A DNA stretch of 64,000 nucleotides from a virus (Duplodnaviria > Heunggongvirae > Uroviricota > Caudoviricetes): the IMG/VR virus record IMGVR_UViG_3300005528_000049. The stretch is one strand, 5' to 3'. Positions within the stretch are counted from its first letter, which is position 1. Each line of letters opens with the position of its first letter. The translations under genes were made by a program, and so were the position numbers. Of this stretch, positions 50,054 through 58,236 are shown one piece after another. The notes beneath the pieces are model-generated. The model did no database searches. It saw only the letters and a list, made by a program, of their open reading frames with translations, and was not told the origin of the DNA.

Positions 50054-51032
50054 ACTAAGAGATATTAAAAAGGTAATATCTCTTAGTTTCTATGAAAATA
50101 GAATTGATCTTTTTAGAATACTATATAACTTGAATAAGTTATTAGAAAAGGTAGAACAAGATTTAAACTATATGCTTCCTAATATTTATATAGATAGTCC
50201 TCAAGCTAACTGTATTTCTATAAAAGCGTTTAAAGATCATATTGAATTAAAGTTTTTTAAGTCAGTTGCAACTTCTAATTATATATATATATACAATGTA
50301 AGATTTTATAAAGGTGGTTATTTCATTAATAACAACAAACATAAAGCATCTTATAAAGATTTACTAAAGTTTATTGATTCCTTTTACAACATTAAACAAA
50401 GATCTTTGGCTTATAGTTTAGACACATTATGTCCAGGCTTATACATTTGGTTTTTTAATACATATATTATACTTGGCGGTGACATATGCCCTGCTAACTA
50501 TAACTATGTTATACCTACTAAATTAGGCTTTGGATTTGTATTTCCTAGTCTTGATCATTGGCACACACCATTTAAACAATTTAAAAAAAATATGACGTTA
50601 GAAGAGTTACTTAAATATAATAATCCTTTAGATGGTTTAGAAGCTATTTATAAAGAATATAATTTATTAGGTGTAGAAGAAGAGAATGATCCTAATGCAC
50701 CTAATATAAGTCAAGAAGAAAAAGAGCTTAGACAACAAAATCTAATTATGAAAAAGAAATATGGATGGGCTTTCTCTGATCTTTGGAACTTAGATGACGT
50801 TATATTTAAGTTTATTCTTCCCAGATTATATGTGTTTTATAAAGAAGATGTTGAAGGTAGACAGGATGTTTATCTTGATGAAGGAAGTTGGGCAGACATT
50901 GTTAAAGATATCTTAAGAATGATTCTACTTAATCTAGAACATGATGGTAGTGGCTTTACTCCTAAAGAAAGTATGATTCATATTAATGGTATGACTTTAT
51001 TAGCAAGGTATATTAGAAGACTATGGATTTAA
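50037..51032 (+). CDS. hypothetical protein (C-terminal domain duplicated in the next gene)
   Basis: 331 aa; C-terminal ~100 aa (YGWAFSDLWNLDDVIFKFILPRLYVFYKEDVEG...GSWADIVKDIL...LARYIRRLW) is paralogous to ORF 51023..51430. Confidence 0.5.
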   Translation: MIQLSKLRDIKKVISLSFYENRIDLFRILYNLNKLLEKVEQDLNYMLPNIYIDSPQANCISIKAFKDHIELKFFKSVATSNYIYIYNVRFYKGGYFINNNKHKASYKDLLKFIDSFYNIKQRSLAYSLDTLCPGLYIWFFNTYIILGGDICPANYNYVIPTKLGFGFVFPSLDHWHTPFKQFKKNMTLEELLKYNNPLDGLEAIYKEYNLLGVEEENDPNAPNISQEEKELRQQNLIMKKKYGWAFSDLWNLDDVIFKFILPRLYVFYKEDVEGRQDVYLDEGSWADIVKDILRMILLNLEHDGSGFTPKESMIHINGMTLLARYIRRLWI

Positions 51033-51430
51033 CAACTTTATTAGCCTTTGAGGATTATAAAGAAGGATTAAAAGCCCTCTATGAAAGATATGATTTAACA
51101 TTAGGATATAAGGATTATGATGCCTCTGAAGAAGAAACTATACAATATCTAAATAGTAATTATGGTTGGAATACAACTGAACTGTGGAATTTGGATGATA
51201 CAATAACTAGATTTCTTGTTTCTAGATTATATGTATTTTATAAGTTAGATGACAGTACTTCTCAAGAGTTTGAAGAAGGTAGTTGGGGTGATATTTTAAA
51301 AAGTATATTAGAAGGATTATTAATGATGTTGTATACCAAAGAAGGGTTTGAACAACCTAATAGAGATGAAAAGATTATTAATGATGCAACTATGCTATTA
51401 GGTAAATATTTTAGAAGATTATGGAATTAA
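51023..51430 (+). CDS. hypothetical protein, paralog of the C-terminal domain of the upstream gene
   Basis: YGWNTTELWNLDDTITRFLVSRLYVFYKLDD...GSWGDILKSIL...LGKYFRRLW. Confidence 0.5.
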   Translation: MDLTTLLAFEDYKEGLKALYERYDLTLGYKDYDASEEETIQYLNSNYGWNTTELWNLDDTITRFLVSRLYVFYKLDDSTSQEFEEGSWGDILKSILEGLLMMLYTKEGFEQPNRDEKIINDATMLLGKYFRRLWN

Positions 51431-51433
51431 ATA

Positions 51434-52207
51434 ATGAGATTTCAACCTCTTAGTGATATTCATTTAGAGTTTTATAAAGATAGTAGTACTGTAAAAATAA
51501 AAGATACTGATAGTGACTGTATTATTTTAGCTGGTGATATACATACTAAAACAAGAGCTATTAAATGGTTGTTAGATCAAAAGATTAATAAGCCAATATT
51601 TTATATATGTGGTAATCATGAGTTTTATGGAACTAACTGGCCTAGAAATATAGATAAGTTAAAAGAAGCTGCCAAAGACACAAATATACATGTATTAGAA
51701 AATGATTATTATATTTTTAAAGATTGGATAATCTTAGGCTGTACTTTGTGGACAGATTATAAATTATTAGAACCTATTGTTCCTCAACAATTAGCAATGT
51801 CTGCTTGTTTTAAAGGAATGAATGATTTTTATAAAATTAGAAATAGTAATTTTGGCTATAAAAAGATTATACCCTCTGATTTATTACATGCTCATTATGA
51901 ATCTGTTGATTTTTTAAAGACATACTTAGAAGTATTTAATGGATGTAATATAGCTGTATTAACACATCATACTCCTTCTATAAAATGTATTGATCCTACA
52001 TATCATAAAGATATTTTAAGTGCCGCTTATGCTTCTAACTTAGATGAGTTTGTTGCTTATAGTGGGGCTAAGATTTGGTTTACAGGTCATACTCATTATA
52101 AGTATAAAAAGTTTATGCTTGGAGACACATTATTGGTATCTAATCCAATGGGTTATTTAAATTATATTAATGAAGATTTTGATCCTAAACAAGTAGAAGA
52201 AGTGTAA
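51434..52207 (+). CDS. calcineurin-like metallophosphoesterase
   Basis: ordered MPP motifs LSDIHLE (DxH), ILAGDIHT (GD), ICGNHEFY (GNHE), LTHHTP, FTGHTHY (GHxH). Confidence 0.7.
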   Translation: MRFQPLSDIHLEFYKDSSTVKIKDTDSDCIILAGDIHTKTRAIKWLLDQKINKPIFYICGNHEFYGTNWPRNIDKLKEAAKDTNIHVLENDYYIFKDWIILGCTLWTDYKLLEPIVPQQLAMSACFKGMNDFYKIRNSNFGYKKIIPSDLLHAHYESVDFLKTYLEVFNGCNIAVLTHHTPSIKCIDPTYHKDILSAAYASNLDEFVAYSGAKIWFTGHTHYKYKKFMLGDTLLVSNPMGYLNYINEDFDPKQVEEV

Positions 52208-52554
52208 TGAGTAATCATTTAGAAGAAGAAACAAAAGATAATATTATAAGACATTTAATAATAAAGATTGATGTTTTAAAAGAAGATAAAAGAGCACTCT
52301 ATAAAGTAATTGAAGATGCACAACAAAAGATTTATAAATTAAAACATATTATTAATGATTTTACAAATCTTACTGTTAAGCCTAAATTTGAAATTGGAGA
52401 TAAAGTAAATATATTTCTTGATAGTGATACTACTTATGTAATTCAAGACTATATGTATGAACAGTCTTACCCAGTCTATAATATAATTCCTCTTGGTAGC
52501 ACAAGTGAAGATGATATTGAAACAGTCTCAGAAATGGACTTAATAAAAATATAA
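52207..52554 (+). CDS. hypothetical protein
   Basis: 115-aa ORF. Confidence 0.4.
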   Translation: MSNHLEEETKDNIIRHLIIKIDVLKEDKRALYKVIEDAQQKIYKLKHIINDFTNLTVKPKFEIGDKVNIFLDSDTTYVIQDYMYEQSYPVYNIIPLGSTSEDDIETVSEMDLIKI

Positions 52555-52747
52555 ATACAATAGAAAGTCATTAATATATGAATAAAAAAGATGTTTTTAT
52601 GATAAGTATAAATAAAGAAGATGTAAGACAAATTGTAAATGAGCAGATTGAATTACATGAAAGCAAAGGAAGAAAGTATGGATATCTAGGCTTATGTATA
52701 TTTCTTTCTACATATATGTTTCTTTTATATCTAATTGTGGCTAAACA

Positions 52748-53401
52748 ATGAAGGATCTTATAATTAATGCATATCCTTGTAAATATCTAATTGCAGTTCA
52801 AGATAGTTCTGAGAACTATGTAATTGAGTCTAAAAGTATATTTAATTGGGTAATTACTAAGAAGGATGATACTAATAATGTATTAGAAAAGGATCTTTCT
52901 TGGGTCAACTATTTATCAGCAAAGGACAAAAATAATTACTTATTTAACACTTTTGAAGATGCTTTTGCCTTTCTTAAGTTATATATACATCATCAAGAAA
53001 TAATAAATCATCAATTAGAGATGCATAAAAAAGAACTACACTTACTAAAACAAGAGTTTGATGTAGATCCTATTTATGCTGTTGGTGATCTTTATTTAGA
53101 TCTTGATGTTTGTATATCTCCAACAGATATTGAAGATATATTAAAAAGATATTCAGTCTTTATTAGTGGCATTGTAAATAAAAGTGGTAATCCTTTTGGT
53201 GGTGTGCAAATTACAATTAGATCCCTCTCTGAGTTGTTATTTATTGAAGATACTTTAAAAAAGATTCAAAAAGATAACAACTATGAGATTGTAAATTACT
53301 TTAATTTTAGTCAACCCTCAATATCAAAGACAGCCCCTTTATGTTATTATTGGCAGGTTTGTGACACTTATACTAGACATTTTACTTTTATTAAAAAGTA
53401 A
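52748..53401 (+). CDS. hypothetical protein
   Basis: 217-aa ORF. Confidence 0.45.
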   Translation: MKDLIINAYPCKYLIAVQDSSENYVIESKSIFNWVITKKDDTNNVLEKDLSWVNYLSAKDKNNYLFNTFEDAFAFLKLYIHHQEIINHQLEMHKKELHLLKQEFDVDPIYAVGDLYLDLDVCISPTDIEDILKRYSVFISGIVNKSGNPFGGVQITIRSLSELLFIEDTLKKIQKDNNYEIVNYFNFSQPSISKTAPLCYYWQVCDTYTRHFTFIKK

Positions 53402-53453
53402 AAAAATTAAGTTTGATTTTAATATAAATAAATAATTTACTTAATAAAAAATC

Positions 53454-53882
53454 ATGTCTAGAAAAATAACTGTTACTCAAGATCAAATCAATAACATTTT
53501 AGATACTGCTGAAACACAAGAAACTATTTTTTGGAATAAAGAACTATTAATAAGTTATAGAATTTATAATGGCTTTACTATTACAGGAAGGGGAGCTTGT
53601 GTTGATCCTAATTACTTTGATATACAATTAGGTAGAAAGTATGCTAGAGAAGATGCTGCTAATCAACTATGGCAGTTAGAAGGTTATTTATTACAGAATA
53701 AAATGCATAATGAAAAAGCATCTAACTGTAATAATGAGTGTAAGTGTTCTTCTAAAAAAGAACCTAGAACAAGAGAAGAATGGACTGCTCTATTTAGTTC
53801 TTATGACTTTGTAGATGAGCAAGGACATTCTTTAACTATGTGTACAGACTTTATTGATCTTGTTGAATTAGCTGTTAGATAA
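53454..53882 (+). CDS. hypothetical protein
   Basis: 142-aa ORF. Confidence 0.45.
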   Translation: MSRKITVTQDQINNILDTAETQETIFWNKELLISYRIYNGFTITGRGACVDPNYFDIQLGRKYAREDAANQLWQLEGYLLQNKMHNEKASNCNNECKCSSKKEPRTREEWTALFSSYDFVDEQGHSLTMCTDFIDLVELAVR

Positions 53883-53893
53883 AAAGTTATTAT

Positions 53894-54214
53894 ATGAAAG
53901 ATGTAAGCCTTCAAAGAGAGATGTTGACTCTTTTAAATAATAAAATAGAAGATTTAAAAGAGCAAATTAGATTAAAAGATGTAATAAATAAAGAATTAAC
54001 AAAGATAATAGAACAACAAGAGACTATAATAAAGTCTCTTGTTTTAACAATAAAAACTCCTAAATATAAAAGAAAGGATATTGTTTCTATTGTAGGAGAA
54101 GGTGATGAAAGATATACTGTTGAAGGTTGTTCTTCTTATTTTCCTGTTTATACTTTAACTAGTATTATAGATAATTCTGTAAGAGAATCTATATTAGAAT
54201 GTGAAATAGTTTGA
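53894..54214 (+). CDS. hypothetical protein
   Basis: 106-aa ORF. Confidence 0.4.
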   Translation: MKDVSLQREMLTLLNNKIEDLKEQIRLKDVINKELTKIIEQQETIIKSLVLTIKTPKYKRKDIVSIVGEGDERYTVEGCSSYFPVYTLTSIIDNSVRESILECEIV

Positions 54215-54352
54215 CATGTTAATGTAAATGTGTTATAAGTATATTAATACTATATTAGTAAAGTAGAAGCTAATTAAGTTTAGTGCCAGAAGTTAATATC
54301 TGGTACAAGTAAAAATCTTGTTGCTTGCGATGATATATAGTATTAATAATAA

Positions 54353-54426
54353 GTGGGTATAGCTCAGAAGAAAAGAGTGCTGGCTTTGGGAGCCAGAGGC
54401 CGCAGGTTTAAGCCCTGCTACCCGCA
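54353..54426 (+). tRNA. tRNA-Pro (anticodon TGG)
   Basis: acceptor gtgggta/tacccgc (one G.U); U8; D arm gctc-agaagaaaa-gagt; anticodon arm ctggc-tttggga-gccag (U33, UGG, G37); T arm gcagg-tttaagc-cctgc; discriminator A; no encoded CCA. Confidence 0.7.
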
Positions 54427-54432
54427 TTTATT

Positions 54433-54472
54433 AAAAAAAAGAGAGTTGTTAAACACTAACTCTCTTTTTTTT
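54433..54472. terminator. bidirectional rho-independent terminator
   Basis: aaaaaaaagagagtt-gttaaacact-aactctctttttttt between the tRNA-Pro (+) and the HNH gene (-). Confidence 0.7.
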
Positions 54473-54476
54473 GTAT

Positions 54477-55208
54477 TTACTTTTTCTTTTTATAATCAAC
54501 TTCTAATTTAATACATCTTTTTTTTACAGCATTATCACTTACATCAAATATCTTTCCTATATAAACCATAGGATATTTATCTACTAATTCTTGTAGTTCT
54601 TCTTTTGTAACTTCAAATTTTAAAGGACGTGAAAAGTTTACTTTATTATTTATCTTAGAGCATTTACCACATCTTGTAGATTTTATATGTATATTACAGT
54701 TACAATCTACACATTTGTTTTGAATGATCTCTTTTCTTCTTCCTCTACCAGCATAAGTTTCTGTTTGAGTGTGACAGTTAGGACATAAGAATCTAAGATT
54801 TTCTAATCTATTATCACTATTAATTCCATTAATATGATCTAATTGAAGAACTAATTCTTGATTATTCCAATGTCCAGGGTTATTACAAATAGAACATTTA
54901 TATTTTAATAGATTTTCTTTTACTAATCTTCTTTTTAGATCTTGTCTGCTATATGTGGAATTTTCTACTAATATTTTATCTAAATCAAGAGCATTAATCC
55001 CTCCAAAAGATTTTGCTTTTCTATTTTTATTTAACTTGTCTAAAGATAAACTATCTTCTTTTATTCTATTGTTTAATTCTTTGTAATTATTTCCATGAAG
55101 AGACATATCAATTTTTAAAAGAACTTCAGCTAAAGTATTACAGCTATTTAATATATCTTGTAATTTATCTTTATCTAATTTCCAAATTGTATTATGCATA
55201 CTTTTCAT
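54477..55208 (-). CDS. HNH endonuclease
   Basis: LVLQLDHINGINSDNRLENLRFLCPNCH (canonical HNH His-Asn-His with Cys zinc ligands); extra Cys-rich zinc-ribbon segments. Confidence 0.75.
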   Translation of the reverse strand: MKSMHNTIWKLDKDKLQDILNSCNTLAEVLLKIDMSLHGNNYKELNNRIKEDSLSLDKLNKNRKAKSFGGINALDLDKILVENSTYSRQDLKRRLVKENLLKYKCSICNNPGHWNNQELVLQLDHINGINSDNRLENLRFLCPNCHTQTETYAGRGRRKEIIQNKCVDCNCNIHIKSTRCGKCSKINNKVNFSRPLKFEVTKEELQELVDKYPMVYIGKIFDVSDNAVKKRCIKLEVDYKKKK

Positions 55209-55318
55209 AATAATTGAATCTTGTAGTAATTAACAGCAATTATACTACAAGGTTTAATAACTTGTCAAATAATATTAACTTGACAAACATATTACTTTAA
55301 TGTATTATATTAAAATAT

Positions 55319-55392
55319 GGCGGGGTGTGGTAGTAGTAACCAATCACTCTCATAAGGTGAAATCAAGGCAGTGTGCAAATCCTGCCCCCGCA
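55319..55392 (+). tRNA. atypical tRNA-like element, anticodon CAT (Met/Ile-type), copy 1
   Basis: D arm tggt-agtagta-acca; anticodon arm tcact-cucauaa-ggtga (U33, CAU, A37); 6-bp acceptor gcgggg/ccccgc followed by unpaired T; T-loop-like GTGCAAATCC instead of GTTCAAATCC; structure not fully canonical. Confidence 0.35.
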
Positions 55393-55430
55393 ATTTAACT
55401 ATATTACTAATATTAATTTAGTTATTCTTA

Positions 55431-55522
55431 GTAAGATGTGGTAGTAGAATATGTAGTAATACATTAACCAGTCTCCGCTTATATTGGAGAGATCAAGGCA
55501 TGGTGCAAATCCTGTTCTTACA
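55431..55522 (+). tRNA. atypical tRNA-like element related to copy 1, with a ~17-nt insertion in the D-loop region
   Basis: shares gtggtagtag..aacca and atcaaggca..ggtgcaaatcctg..caatt with copy 1; acceptor covaries (gtaaga/tcttac) and is again followed by an unpaired T; anticodon stem-loop gtctcc-gcttatatt-ggagag is abnormal. Confidence 0.3.
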
Positions 55523-55735
55523 ATTAACTATAGTAAAATATAGTTAAACTTATACTTAATAAATTATGGCTAAATGAGATTTATACTGCTATTAGAAATA
55601 ATAATGAGGCCAAATCTCTTTTTTATTAGGTATATTTAATATTATTACTGAACCTATAATTTATAGATACTTGGGAGAAGAACCCATGTAGGAAACATTA
55701 GTTGTCTATAATGTGTAATAATATAAAACATATAA

Positions 55736-55841
55736 ATAAAGTTGACTGAGTTTGGTTGAAAGTTGATACTAACTAGATTGCTTAAGTGAGGTTAGATACT
55801 CTATACTTAAGCAACCAAGGGTTCAAATCCCTTACTTTATT
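55736..55841 (+). tRNA. 106-nt tRNA-like element (perfect acceptor stem and T arm, long unresolved interior)
   Basis: acceptor ataaagt/actttat 7/7; T arm aaggg-TTCAAAT-ccctt; the interior contains an 8-bp hairpin gcttaagt...acttaagc with a 17-nt loop; cannot be folded as a canonical tRNA by eye. Confidence 0.3.
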
Positions 55842-56160
55842 TATATAAAAATATCTTTATCAGATCCAACGCTAGTGCAAGACTAGGGGTTTAGTAAAGT
55901 GGATGGTTTACTTGTAATTTGTCAGCCATAAAGTCCGGCCCTATTGGTATAAAGATATATGAAGTACAGCAAAGGTTTAGGGTTTTAACAAAGTATATTT
56001 GTGGCCTGTTAATGTGATGGCTGGAACTTCTAAAACTAGAACCTATAAAGAATAGGAACAGCTATTAGATGGTGAACTTGGCAAGCCTTTTGTATTTAAA
56101 CAGAATAAAACTGTTTGTAATGCAGAAGAAAGATTTACATCTGTTTGGAATTATTAATAT

Positions 56161-56370
56161 ATGGACCCAATCTCTATAGGAGTTGCTATGTTTATTGGTT
56201 GTTTGTTTTTTAAAACACAGCAAGATATGTTTATTGAGGAACAAAAGAAGTCTGCTTCTAAACCACAACAACAGACTTCTTCTCAACAACAAAGAAAACC
56301 ACCACAAACAAATAAGACTATTACTAAATGTCCTCATTGTGGTGGTAGTTTAGATAATGAAAAAGATTAA
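56161..56370 (+). CDS. small protein with N-terminal hydrophobic segment and C-terminal CxxC
   Basis: 69 aa: MDPISIGVAMFIGCLFF..., Gln-rich linker, CPHCGG; competes with the antisense ORF 56065..56337. Confidence 0.3.
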   Translation: MDPISIGVAMFIGCLFFKTQQDMFIEEQKKSASKPQQQTSSQQQRKPPQTNKTITKCPHCGGSLDNEKD

Positions 56371-56371
56371 T

Positions 56372-56914
56372 TTAAGGGCTTAGTTTTTTAAGATATTTGG
56401 CTACTGTTTTATCTGAAACACCTAAATATTCTGCAACTGCTAATTTAGTTTTTAATTTAGAATATAAATCTAATAAATCAATAGATTCCCAATCTAATTT
56501 CTTTTTACTTTGTTGAGAACATTTTGTAGAACAATATTTATGAGATTTTAATTTTGTATTATTACATAAAGGACATTTATCATAATATTGCTTAAACTTA
56601 TAATCCGCAAATTCTTCATTGAATGAAGTAAATATATTAGGTAAAATAGCTTTATCATTATGTATTTCTCTATGACAATTAGAACAAAGCAATATGCATT
56701 TTCTAAGTTCTTTTATAACTGTTTCCCAGGAACCACAGTTTGCTCTAAGTTTACTTAAACTATGTTCTTTTTCATTTGGATCTATATGATGTAATTCTAA
56801 AGCCTCATGACATTTATTGTAACTACATATTTGACAACAGCCTCCCATAGATTCTACAATTCTAGATTTAGAATTCTTTCTCCAGTTTTTTACTTGTTCA
56901 GATTTTATAGTCAT
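56372..56914 (-). CDS. HNH endonuclease
   Basis: ALELHHIDPNEKEHSLSKLRANC...LLCSNCHREIHN (HNH with CxxC zinc ligands); additional zinc-ribbon Cys pairs. Confidence 0.7.
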   Translation of the reverse strand: MTIKSEQVKNWRKNSKSRIVESMGGCCQICSYNKCHEALELHHIDPNEKEHSLSKLRANCGSWETVIKELRKCILLCSNCHREIHNDKAILPNIFTSFNEEFADYKFKQYYDKCPLCNNTKLKSHKYCSTKCSQQSKKKLDWESIDLLDLYSKLKTKLAVAEYLGVSDKTVAKYLKKLSP

Positions 56915-57037
56915 ATATTTATCTGTACTTGTATTAATACAATAACAAATAATGTTATTAAAATGTATTCAGATTCATATAATACAAATCTTTGACAAGT
57001 GTTTATTATTAATATATAATAAACACTATAAATATAA

Positions 57038-57174
57038 TGTTTAGTAGCTCAGTTGGTAGAGCGTCTGACTGTGGCTTTTTAGTTTAATGTAAAACTATAG
57101 TTAACTATATTATAGGTTCAATTCCTATAAAGGTCTTAATCAGAATGTCCCTGGTTCGATTCCAGGCTAGACAG
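57038..57174 (+). tRNA. tRNA gene interrupted by a ~64-nt insertion in the anticodon loop (anticodon GTG/His if inserted after position 37; alternatives possible)
   Basis: acceptor tgtttag/ctagaca (7 bp, one G.U); canonical D arm TA-GCTC-AGTTGGTA-GAGC; anticodon stem tctga (57064-68) pairs with tcaga (57140-44), separated by 71 nt; variable loop atgtc; canonical T arm cctgg-TTCGATT-ccagg; the insertion itself contains a T-arm-like hairpin tatagg-ttcaatt-cctata. Confidence 0.6.
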
Positions 57175-57256
57175 TTGCTATTAAAACAATAGCAAACAAA
57201 CAACTAACTATAAAGGAGGTAACTGTGTTACTAGATATTATAATTGGTTAAAACAA

Positions 57257-57414
57257 ATAGTAGTGGTGGAAAGATATACACTCATATCATGCGTTAGGTT
57301 GTGGTCCTAAAGAAGCAGTAAAATGAAAGATGATTGACAAGTGTACATAGTTAATTAGATCGCATGTGGTATGGATTGGGCACAAGTATAGGGTTAAATT
57401 CCCTACCTACTATT
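57257..57414 (+). tRNA. ~160-nt tRNA-like element (perfect 7-bp acceptor, T arm, long interior)
   Basis: acceptor atagtag/ctactat 7/7; T arm taggg-TTAAATT-cccta; 5' side continues tggtgg as in the 55319/55431 family; interior not foldable by eye. Confidence 0.25.
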
Positions 57415-57626
57415 TCTCTTAAACATGTAGTAATAGATATACAAATATATATATATATGATTTTATAGAAGCTTCTATGAGTATGGCTGACTATAACATT
57501 GAGTATTATACTATTAACTCTCATAGAGTATAATGCAGATTCAATAAGAAAGTGTTAACTATACCATATTTAGTCCTCTTTCTTATATATCCCTTTGTAT
57601 ATTACTACATGTTTATTTTTCTACAA

Positions 57627-57699
57627 TCTGGAAACGTCTAACGGTCTGACAGCACACTTTGACTGTGTACAATTGGAGGTTCAAATCCTTCTTCCAGAG
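57627..57699 (+). tRNA. tRNA-Gln (anticodon TTG)
   Basis: acceptor tctggaa/ttccaga 7/7; anticodon arm gcaca-cuuugac-tgtgt (U33, UUG, A37); T arm ggagg-TTCAAAT-ccttc; D arm short and non-standard (positions 8-9 = AC). Confidence 0.55.
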
Positions 57700-57991
57700 T
57701 AGTTATTTATATATAACAAGGAGGTTATTATGTCAGATATGGAATATTAATAAAACTATGATAAAAGTAGATCTTAAATTTAATAAAGAGAGTGACGGTC
57801 AACATAGTTATATACTATCTTTTACTTCTGATAAGAATAAAGATAAATATGCTGACATTGAGTTTGTTAATGATGGTGAAATATTAACAGGTAAAACAGA
57901 TAGGATTAATCCTTCTGAAATTAAAACTATTACAACAGAATCTTTGTTTGATGTATTAGAAGATTTAATTAAATTTATGAATAAAGATTAA
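57659..57991 (+). CDS. hypothetical protein
   Basis: 110-aa ORF; its 5' end overlaps the predicted tRNA-Gln, so the real start is probably the internal Met (MIKVDLKF...). Confidence 0.35.
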   Translation: MTVYNWRFKSFFQSSYLYITRRLLCQIWNINKTMIKVDLKFNKESDGQHSYILSFTSDKNKDKYADIEFVNDGEILTGKTDRINPSEIKTITTESLFDVLEDLIKFMNKD

Positions 57992-58236
57992 TGAAATTAA
58001 AGTATTTTTTTATTCTCTTTATCCGACTCTTTATAGTAGTCGGATTTTTAATGACTATTATTTATTTGTTAGCCCTTGCAACTAAATTGATAATAGGTAG
58101 TAATTTAATGATTATTGCTGGCATATGTTTATATGTTGTATGTGTAGGGTTGATAGTTATCTTTTTAGAGGTAGCTAAAGACTTTTGGGTATTCTTGTGT
58201 AAATTTATTAGGCGGATGTTTAACTTGTATGATTAA
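57991..58236 (+). CDS. small membrane protein
   Basis: 81 aa with two predicted hydrophobic helices. Confidence 0.45.
   Translation: MKLKYFFILFIRLFIVVGFLMTIIYLLALATKLIIGSNLMIIAGICLYVVCVGLIVIFLEVAKDFWVFLCKFIRRMFNLYD

Noticed and set aside
56065-56337. 90-aa minus ORF rich in Leu/Arg/Ser
   Set aside because: Low-complexity; antisense to the Gln-rich plus ORF 56161..56370. Neither is certain, and the plus one at least has a TM-like segment and CxxC.
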